NCBI GenBank assembly: GCA_013239625.1
Contig: MU054116.1
Location: 124,001-144,788 of the forward strand
Reading direction: 5' to 3'
Source: Lama guanicoe
Taxonomy: Eukaryota
DNA: 20,788 bases
Shown here one piece after another: positions 12,028 to 20,788 of this stretch; positions within the stretch are counted from its first letter, which is position 1, and every line of letters begins with the position of its first letter. Made by a program: the position numbers and the translations under genes. The notes beneath the pieces are model-generated. The model was given only the letters and a program-made list of their open reading frames with translations. It was not told where the DNA came from and did no database searches.

Positions 12028-12270
12028 GAACGTGATGATTAAAGGTAACACTGCTGTAAGGTGTATTTGGAAGTTGTTAAGAGAATAAATCCTAAGATTT
12101 CTCATCACAAGGGAAAAAAATTTTTGTATCTATATAAGATGGATGTTAACTAAACTTATTGTGGTAATAATTTCAAGATATATGTAAGTAAAGTCATTTT
12201 GCTGAACACTATAAACTTGACATACAGCACTGTATGTCAACGGAATCTCACAAAACTGGAAAAAAATATA
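12028..12270 (+). mobile_element. L1MA9-like 3' end, downstream part with A tail
   Basis: Resumes the L1 broken at 11135: aacactgctgta...gttgttaagagaataaatcctaag...tctcatcacaagg...tgttaactaaacttattgtggtaat...ctgtatgtcaa...aaaactggaaaaaaa. Confidence 0.85.
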
Positions 12271-12279
12271 TAAAATTCC

Positions 12280-15005
12280 CATAACAAAAAGAAACTATAA
12301 GGAGAAGAGAATGCTAAACTCAAAACAAACAGTATGAAGAATATTAAAAAAAATTAGAGGGGAAATAAATAAAAAAGAAAATTGAAAAATATATGAAAAA
12401 ATAACAAAATCAAAATTTAGTTATTTGAAAATATCAACAAAATCAGAAAATATTTAGTTTCATTGAACATGACAAAAAGACAAAGATTCAAGTGACTAAA
12501 ATCAAGAAGAAAAAGAGGGACATTACTAACATCACAGTAATAAAAAGAACTATAAGGAAATATTAAGAACAACCATAAACCTCTGAGGTTACCTAGAGAA
12601 GATGGACAAATTCCTAGAAAAATACAAGCCACCAAACTTGACTCAAGAAGAAATAGAAAATTTTAATATATTTATAGGAAGTAGAGATATTGAGTTAGTA
12701 ATAAAAAAACTTCCCATAAAGTAAACCGAAGACCTAGGTGTCTTCAACGGTGAATTTTATCAAATGTTTAAAGAATAAAACATCAGTCTTTCACAAACTC
12801 CTGGAGAAAATAGAAAACACTTCCCAATTTATTCTATGAAGCCATTATTACTATGATCCCAAAATACGACATACACATCACAATTGAAGAAACCTACAGA
12901 CCTTATGAATACATATTCCTTGTGAATATAAACATCAACATCTTCTACAAAATACTTAAAAAACAAACCCAGCAACATTAAAAAAATATGATATATTGTA
13001 TGCCTGCTTTCAACACTTCTACTCAACATTGTCCTGGAGGTTTTTACAAGGGCAATTAGAAGCAGAAAAAATAAATAAAAGAAAAAAAAAAGACAGAAAA
13101 GGAAGATAAACTCTTTCTATATGTAAGTGGCATGATCATGTATATAGCAAATCCACAAAATTCACAAAACTATTTGAAGTACTACGTTCAACATGTTTGG
13201 AGGGTACAAGATCAATAAAATTAATTAATTGCATTTCTATACACTAGTAATGCACAATTTGAAAATGAAATTAAGAAAATAATTCCATGTATATCGGCAT
13301 TTAAAAGAATAAAACACTCAGGAATAAATTTAACAAAATAAATATAAGATTATAAAACCATTCTGAACCTATGTACAAAGCATTTTGAAAGCCTCAGAGT
13401 GGAAAGATATCTCATATTCATGGTCTGGATGACTTAATATAGTTAAGATGACAATACTACCCAAAGGAATCTACAGATTCATTGCAATCTCTATCAAAAT
13501 TGTAGCTGCCACTTTGCAGTAAGTGGCATACTGACACCACAATTCATGTGGAAATAAAAGAGACCCCAAATAAGACAATCTTGGAAAATTAAAAAAACTG
13601 AAGGACTACCACTTCTTGACTTCAAAATCTTACTATAAAGCTACAGTAATCAAAACATCATCCTTATAAGGATAGATATTTTAGACCAATAGATTAGAAT
13701 TGAGGATCCAGAAGTAAACCCTTACATTTACAGTCAACACATATCAACAAGAGTGCCAAGATAATCCAATGAGGAAAGTACAGCTTTTCAATAAATGGTG
13801 CTGAGGCAACTCTATAACCATGTACAAAATTACGAAAATGGACACCTACATCACAACATATACAAAAGTTAACTCCAACTGGATCAAAGACTCAAATGTA
13901 AGTGCTAAAAATAAAAAACTCTTGGAAAAATACATTAAATCTTTGTCACTTTGGATTAAAACATAGTTTCTTACAAATGACACCATAATGACAAATAACA
14001 AAAAGAATGCATAAATTGGACTTCATCAAATTAAAGCTTTTGTGCTTTAAACAACACTATTAACAACTGAAAAGACAACCCATGGAATGGGAGAAACGTC
14101 TGAAAATCATATACCTGATAAGGGACTTCTATAGAGGATATACAAAGAACTCTAACACTCCATTACAAAAAGACACTCAATTTTAAAAGAGGCAAAGACT
14201 TTGAATATACATTTTATAAAGAAGATATAAAAATGGCCAAAATGCCCATAAAAAGGTACTCAACACCATTAATCACTGATGAAATACAAATTAAAACCAC
14301 AATGAGATGCCACTTTGCACCCACTAGGATGGCTAAAACAAAAAAAGGCAGACAACACAAGTGTTGACAAAGATGTGAAGATATTGAAACAATGTTTCTT
14401 TGCTGAATATTCATACTACTGCAGCAACTTTGGAATACAACTTTGTAGTTCCTCAAAAATTAAACAAACAGTGGCCAAATGACCCAGAAATTCTACTCCT
14501 CAGTACATACCAAAGAGAACTGTAAATAAATGTACACACACAAATTTGAACCTGGATGCTAGTAGTAGCATTATTCACAATAGTATCCAAAAAGTAAAAA
14601 TAACCCAAATGTCCATCGACAGATGAATGAATATACAAACTGTGATACATCAATACAATGGAAGAGTACTTGGCAAGAAAAAGAGAAATGAAGAAATAAT
14701 ATACACTACTCCATGAATAAATCTTGAATACATGCTAAGCAAAAGAAGCCAGTCACAACAGACCACAAAACCTAATTTTCCATTGTATGAAAAGTCCAGA
14801 ATTGACAGTTCCACAGAGACAGAATATAGATTATTGCTTGCTGCTAACTGGAAGTAGCGGGGCATGGAAGAGACTAACACTGGTTTTGTTTTGGGGGTGA
14901 TAAAAATGTCCTAAAATTAGATAATGGTAATAGTTTCAAAATGCTATTAATATACTGAAATCCACCAAATTCTATACGTTTTAAAAGGGTAAATTTTATT
15001 ATATT
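12280..15005 (+). mobile_element. 5'-truncated L1MB-like LINE-1 (ORF2 to 3'UTR), internally deleted
   Basis: gatggacaaattcctagaaa (MDKFLE), attctatgaagcca (FYEA), atctacagattcattgcaat, tactataaagctacagtaatcaaaaca (YYKATVIKT), caatgagatgccac, gacccagaaattctactcct. 3'UTR aaagaagccagtcacaa...ttttgggggtgataaaaatgtcctaaaattaga. Confidence 0.9.
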
Positions 15006-15009
15006 CACT

Positions 15010-15095
15010 CTTTTATTTTTAACACCTTTATTACAATATGATTCCTATACAGTAAACTACACATATTTCAGATGTACAATTTGATGAATTTTGGA
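15010..15095 (-). mobile_element. Short antisense old-L1 3' end
   Basis: acctttattacaatatga...tacagtaaactacacatatttcagatgtacaatttgatgaatttg-type reverse terminus. Confidence 0.6.
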
Positions 15096-15142
15096 ATTCG
15101 CACCTCTTGGGGAGTGATGATGTTACCTTGATTGTGGTGGTA

Positions 15143-15572
15143 GTGGATGAAACTGGAGAATGTCATTCTAAGTGAAGCCAGAAAGAGAAAGAAAATACCA
15201 TATCTTATCACACATATGTTGAAATAAAAAAAAAAGACAAATGAACTTGTTTATAAAACAGAAACAGACTCACAGATATAGAAAACAAACTTATGGTTAT
15301 CAGGCAGGGAAGGGGGTGGGAAGGGATAAATTGGGATTTCTAGATTTGCAGATACTAACTAATATACATAAAATAGGTAAGTAACAAGCTTATACTATAT
15401 AGCACAGGAAACTATATTCAGTATCCTGTAGTAATCTATGGTAAAAAAGAATATGAAAATGAATATATGTATGCTTCTATATGATGAAAGTATTGTGCTA
15501 TACACCAGAAACTGACACAACAGTGTAAAGTGACTAAACTTCAATAATAAATAAATAAATTAATATTAAAAA
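15143..15572 (+). mobile_element. Lineage-specific cetartiodactyl (camelid-like) LINE-1 3' end
   Basis: ctggagaatgtcattctaagtgaa, aaaacagaaacagactcacaga, gaaaacaaacttatggtta, gggataaattggga, tatagcacaggaaactatattca, gacacaacagtgtaaa, and an (aata)n tail. Confidence 0.85.
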
Positions 15573-15574
15573 GC

Positions 15575-16182
15575 AAAAATAATAGTGAGAACCTTCAATA
15601 ATTCACTTTCAATAATGGATAGAACAACTAGGCAGAATATCATTAAGTAAATAAAAGATATGGACAACACTATAAACCAGTTAAACCTACCAGGCATCTA
15701 TATAGAACACTCCATCAAACACCATTAAGATACACATTCTTCTCAAATGCATGTGGAAATTCTCTAGGACAGATCATATACCAGCCCATATAACAAGACT
15801 CACCATTGAAAAGGATTTAAATCACACAAATTATGTTTTTTAACCACAAGGTAACAAATTTATAAATGAATTAATGAAGAAAATTTGGGAAATGAAAAGT
15901 AAACTATACATTTCTAAACAGCCAATGAATTAAAGAATAAATCACATGAGAAATGGGAAAATACTTTAAGATGAATGAAAGCAAAAATACAACATACCAA
16001 AACTTAACAGGATACAGCTCAAGCAGTGCTTACTGAGAAATTTGTAGCAGTAAACATCTATATTAAAAAACAACAAACATATTAAATCGATAACCTGACT
16101 GCCTACATTAAGAAACCTGACACAAGAAGAGCAAACAAAAACCAAAGCAAGCAAATTGAAAATAAGTAGGGCAGAAATTAAT
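15575..16182 (+). mobile_element. LINE-1 ORF2 endonuclease/linker fragment
   Basis: ctttcaataatggatagaaca, tatagaacactccatc, tacacattcttctcaaatgcatgtggaa, acagatcatat, acaacataccaaaactta, aagcagtgct. Confidence 0.85.
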
Positions 16183-16412
16183 ACCCACTCCAGTTTTGTA
16201 AGTGTTAGTGATACATCATTTTTCATCCCTCTACTTTTAATCTATCTGAGTCTATATATAAAATTGGTTTCTTCGAGACAGCATATGAAAATAGAAGTAC
16301 AAGACAGAAAGAATGAAACAGAAGAAGTTTTTAAATGTTCTAACAGAGGTCTTATTTTTTAATTCACTCTGACATCTCTCTTTTAACTGATCTATTATAT
16401 CATTATCCTTTA
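16183..16412 (-). mobile_element. Antisense LINE-1 ORF2 N-terminal (endonuclease) fragment with a ~60-bp insert
   Basis: cccactccagtttt, ctacttttaatctatctgagtct, tggtttcttcgagacagcatat, ggtcttattttttaattcactctgac. Confidence 0.65.
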
Positions 16413-16777
16413 AACGTATTCAGATCACTTTAAGCTTTTGGAGGCCCATTGGGCAAAGAAAAGTGACTTAAAAGTCAGGTATTTGTGTTTTTCCTTTTTC
16501 CCAACCCTTAATTCATAGTAAAGAATGTTCTATCGCCTTTTACCCCTCCTGGGACTTCCTGACCCTTCTTTGTTTCCATTTTTCCCTACATAATATAAAA
16601 TTATATAAAGTTAAAAGAAAACCAAGGATTCAGGAACAAACAAAAAATGACTTCCCTTAAAAGAATAGTATTAGTAAAATAGTATCATAAATATCTTAAC
16701 TGTCCCCCGGGCACATCCTGCAGGAGACTGCACATTTGAATCCTTCCTGTTCTAATACTATACTCTTCAGGGATGCT

Positions 16778-17191
16778 GCTTATTAGTTTCTCTGCCCACA
16801 ATGTATTTTTTACACTATTTAATTTGTTCCAAAACACTGCTGAATAGCTTAAAAGCTTCCCCATACAGAGACTGTATGTCCCAAAGGAAGAAAAGAAGGG
16901 AGAATCCTTCCATTCCTCTTTCAGCTTCTGGTGGTCCCTGGAATTCTGTAACTTGTGGCAGCATTCTAATCTCTGCCTCCATCTTCAACATTGTTTTTTG
17001 CCTGTCTTTTTTTGTGTATTCTTCTCTTCTTGTAAGGACACCAGTCATTGGATTTAGGGATTTAGAGCCTCCTCAAAATTCCTAGCTTAATTACATCTGC
17101 AAAGACCCTTTTCCAAAGAAGGTCACAATTGCAAGTTCTGTGATTAGAACTTTGACATATCTTTTTCAGAGACACTATTCAACTCACTACA
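16778..17191 (-). mobile_element. MaLR MLT1B/C-like solo LTR
   Basis: cagcttctggtgg, aatctctgcctccatcttca, taaggacaccagtcattggatttaggg, ttaattacatctgcaaagaccct, aaggtcaca, terminus ctattcaactcactaca. Confidence 0.88.
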
Positions 17192-19287
17192 ATGGTCAAC
17201 AGGTTTATAACAGGGGTGCCAAGGCAATTCACTGGGGAAAGAATAGTCTTTCAACAGATGGTGCTAAATAATTGGATATCCATATGCAAAATAATGGATT
17301 TAGTCATTTTTCTCATGCCATATATAATAATCTGCTCAAAATGAATCTTAGGACTAAATGTAAATGCTAAACCATTAAAACTATTAGAAGAAAAGATGGG
17401 AAAAAAATCTTTCTGACCCTTGGTTAGACAATGGTTTCTTAGACATGACACGAAAAGTACAAGTGGTAAAAGATAAACATAAATCAATTTCACTTCCTCC
17501 AAATTAAAGTTCCTTTTTTGCTCAAAGGACACCATTCAGAAATTGGAAAACCCACACAACAGGAGAATATATTCAAAAATGATATAGCTGATAAAAGACT
17601 TGTATTTAGAATATGTAAAGAACTCAACAATAGGAGAATTCAATTTAAAAATGGACAAAAGATCTACACAGCTGTCACATCCAAGAAGATAAACAAATGT
17701 AAAATAAGCATATGAANNNNNNNNNNNNNNNNNNNNNNNNNNNNNNNNNNNNNNNNNNNNNNNNNNNNNNNNNNNNNNNNNNNNNNNNNNNNNNNNNNNN
17801 NNNNNNNNNNNNNNNNNNNNNNNNNNNNNNNNNNNNNNNNNNNNNNNNNNNNNNNNNNNNNNNNNNNNNNNNNNNNNNNNNNNNNNNNNNNNNNNNNNNN
17901 NNNNNNNNNNNNNNNNNNNNNNNNNNNNNNNNNNNNNNNNNNNNNNNNNNNNNNNNNNNNNNNNNNNNNNNNNNNNNNNNNNNNNNNNNNNNNNNNNNNN
18001 NNNNNNNNNNNNNNNNNNNNNNNNNNNNNNNNNNNNNNNNNNNNNNNNNNNNNNNNNNNNNNNNNNNNNNNNNNNNNNNNNNNNNNNNNNNNNNNNNNNN
18101 NNNNNNNNNNNNNNNNNNNNNNNNNNNNNNNNNNNNNNNNNNNNNNNNNNNNNNNNNNNNNNNNNNNNNNNNNNNNNNNNNNNNNNNNNNNNNNNNNNNN
18201 NNNNNNNNNNNNNNNNNNNNNNNNNNNNNNNNNNNNNNNNNNNNNNNNNNNNNNNNNNNNNNNNNNNNNNNNNNNNNNNNNNNNNNNNNNNNNNNNNNNN
18301 NNNNNNNNNNNNNNNNNNNNNNNNNNNNNNNNNNNNNNNNNNNNNNNNNNNNNNNNNNNNNNNNNNNNNNNNNNNNNNNNNNNNNNNNNNNNNNNNNNNN
18401 NNNNNNNNNNNNNNNNNNNNNNNNNNNNNNNNNNNNNNNNNNNNNNNNNNNNNNNNNNNNNNNNNNNNNNNNNNNNNNNNNNNNNNNNNNNNNNNNNNNN
18501 NNNNNNNNNNNNNNNNNNNNNNNNNNNNNNNNNNNNNNNNNNNNNNNNNNNNNNNNNNNNNNNNNNNNNNNNNNNAAGACATGCAACATCATATGTCATT
18601 AGGGAACTGTAAGTCAGGACAATGAGCTACCACTACACACTGAGTAGAATGGCTAAAATTAAAGACTGGTCATGCTAAGGGTTGGCATTGAGGTGGTCAC
18701 ATTCATAATGGGAATGTAAATCTTAAAGATGTGTTGGAATACAGTTTGGTAGACTGTTTAAAGGTAAAACATACACAAAACCTTTAAACCAATATACCAT
18801 TCAACTTCTTTCCAAGGTATTTACCCAAGAGAAATGAAAGTATATTTCCATATGAATCTAGTACACAACTGATCATAGCAGCTCTCTTTATTTGTAATAG
18901 TCACAAGCTGAATAAACCTCATAAGTCTATTAAATTGGAATACTACTCAGAAGTAAAAAGGAACAAACTATTGAGACACATAAAACAGGGATAAATGTTA
19001 TTAAATTTTACTTAAACTTCTATAAGCAAACAAACAAATCCATAGTGACAGGCAACTTATCCGTGGTTGCCTGAGGATTGGAGGAGTGCAGAAGGAGGAG
19101 GGCACAGGGGATAACAAAGATGCACAAGGACACTTTTGGGAGTGATGGACATGTTGACTCTTTTACTATGTAAATGTTTTCACAGGAGTGTACATATGTC
19201 AACACTTAAAAATTGTTCACTTTAAATATGTGCAGTTTATAATATGTTGCTTTTGCTTCAATAAAGCTGTTAAGAAAAATAAGAAAA
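17192..19287 (+). mobile_element. Old LINE-1 (L1MC/MD/ME-like) ORF2 end and 3'UTR, spanning the assembly gap
   Basis: ggtgccaaggcaattca...agtctttcaacagatggtgc, ctattagaagaaaa, caatgagctaccactacac, aggtatttacccaagagaaatgaaa, acttttgggagtgatgg, tttaaatatgtgcagttta...caataaagctgtt plus an A-rich tail. Confidence 0.85.
17717..18575. other. Assembly gap (859 N)
   Basis: Run of N. Confidence 1.
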
Positions 19288-20290
19288 TGAACAAAATTAC
19301 CTGATACTTGTCCTCTTGTCCCCAAGGACACTACAGGCAAAGCAATCTTTGTTAGTTATTTTGCCAAATAAAATTACTCTAAAGATTCATTAGTGGTTTT
19401 TGAGTGTAAATCACCAAGGACCTTTTTTTAAATTCATTTATATTTGCAGGGAAAGCAAACTGAAAACAAAACAAAACAGAAAAAGGCAAGGTTGGTATAA
19501 TTCAAACCTTTGTCCCTATCCAAAGGTATTGAAATACCAACTCTTTCAAAAGAGGAGAGTTTTTCTGTCATTCCACTGACATTGGTTATTTTTTTCACCT
19601 TTAAGTATTAAAATATACAACAAAATCTTTCTTAGGCCTCTCCTGAGAAAGTCAGTCCAATCTGTTGGAGGTGCAAGCTTAGAGACCTTTCTACTTGCTC
19701 AGAAATCAGGAGGATGAACATGGACACATGAGAAAAAGTGAACAGAATTTCACGTGGAAATCTTCATCAAACCCACCATTTTCAACTAAGTGGATTTAGG
19801 AGTTACTATTTTAAACTTGAGAAGTTATGATTGACTGACAGGAAGAAAAGTAAGTATGTTAAGTTTTGCAACATTAGTAACATTTCCTTTTGTGAAATTT
19901 TGGTCGTATTTTTCTCTGAGGAAAAAGAATTTCACCTGACTTCATTAAAATCAGATATATAAGCTATAATTTATATATTTTATAAAACCTACAAAAATAG
20001 ATGTGAGATGTCTTAATATAACTGAGATATGTAACTGAGAATCCTAATAAATATCCAGAAATGACTTCATCCATACCATCAACCTCAAATTGGAAAATAA
20101 ATATACCCTGTGTATGTATGTGTGTACTTCTCCCTTCATCTCTCCAAAAGACTAGCTGCAGTAACATCACTCATTAGAAACACATGCCCCTTTTCAAATA
20201 TTTATTTAAAGATAAATAAACAGAAACCAATGGGTTACATGTCAGTGTCAATTAGTTTATTGAGTTTTCTCTTATAATACCATGGAGTAT
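19285..20290 (+). promoter_or_regulatory. Paralogous OR promoter/5'UTR module of a predicted downstream OR gene (donor GTAAGT at 19850-19855)
   Basis: Colinear similarity to 5360-6410, e.g. ctcttgtccccaaggacac vs ctcctgtctctaaggacac; ttttgccaaa in both; ccaatctgttggaggtg vs ccaatttgttggagatg; tgattgactgacaggaagaaaagtaagtatg vs tgatttactaacagaagagtaagtatg. Confidence 0.65.
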
Positions 20291-20788
20291 CTTGTAAGAA
20301 AAAAAATTTTTTTGACAATTGAATAATGCTCACACAGTGTGAATTGGGCCAACCATCAGACATGGCTCTTCTCCTACCTCAATATGAATAAAATATACGT
20401 AATAATAATGAAGAAAAACTACAAAAAACAAATAAATTGTGTTTTCAAAGGGATTATTTTTTTACTCGTTGATGTAGGATTATAGGCATTCAGAAACTGA
20501 CTGAAAATTGAAAACATCCAAGTACACCTCAACAGTAACTAATTCTTCATGCTTGAGAAAATTACTGTGGAGCAGCTTTTGACATAAATTAACCATTATA
20601 AACCTATGATCTCTGGGTTTAACACTGCATTACTGATAACAGTGAGGATGGAAACACAGTGTCAATAAAAATACATTTACTATTTGAAAAACCAGGAGAG
20701 ACGAGAAGGCAGTTATAACTGTTGTCACAGTTGTAAAGATCACTTCACAGTGTCTTAATTAATAAAACGAGCTTTTCTATAAAGAGAA

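Noticed and set aside
16540..16730. GC-richer patch with EBF-like TCCCCCGGGC and CTCCTGGGA
   Set aside because: No conservation evidence, flanked by TEs, and possibly an unrecognised repeat.
12417..17535. Many 65-95 aa hydrophobic minus-strand ORFs
   Set aside because: Typical antisense translations of A-rich L1 and of MLT1 sequence.
17536..18602. Four 296-348 aa ORFs
   Set aside because: Artefacts of translating the N run.
1..20788. CRISPR array, operon, tRNA/rRNA or a novel multi-gene system
   Set aside because: The DNA is mammalian. I saw no spaced direct-repeat array, no structured RNA gene and only one credible CDS.

Overview
AT-rich, CpG-poor mammalian genomic DNA from an olfactory receptor (OR) cluster. 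It holds one intact class II OR gene of the OR6C subfamily (OR6C2-like, ATG 7551 to TAA 8483, + strand). Upstream of it is a candidate promoter with non-coding exons (~5330-7525). A diverged paralogous copy of that upstream module lies at ~19285-20290, which predicts a second OR gene beyond the right edge. Most of the rest is layered transposon debris: LINE-1 remnants of several ages, old ERVL and MaLR LTRs, a MER104-like DNA transposon, and an 892-bp solo ERV LTR nested in an L1 3' end. There is an 859-nt assembly gap. One L1 3' end is cetartiodactyl-type and looks camelid-like (inference). Repeat family names come from recalled consensus sequences, not from a search, and repeat boundaries are approximate. 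I find no convincing new biological system. The best leads are the duplicated OR promoter module, the solo LTR, an apparent template-switch palindrome, the gap contents and unusual polar pocket residues in the receptor.
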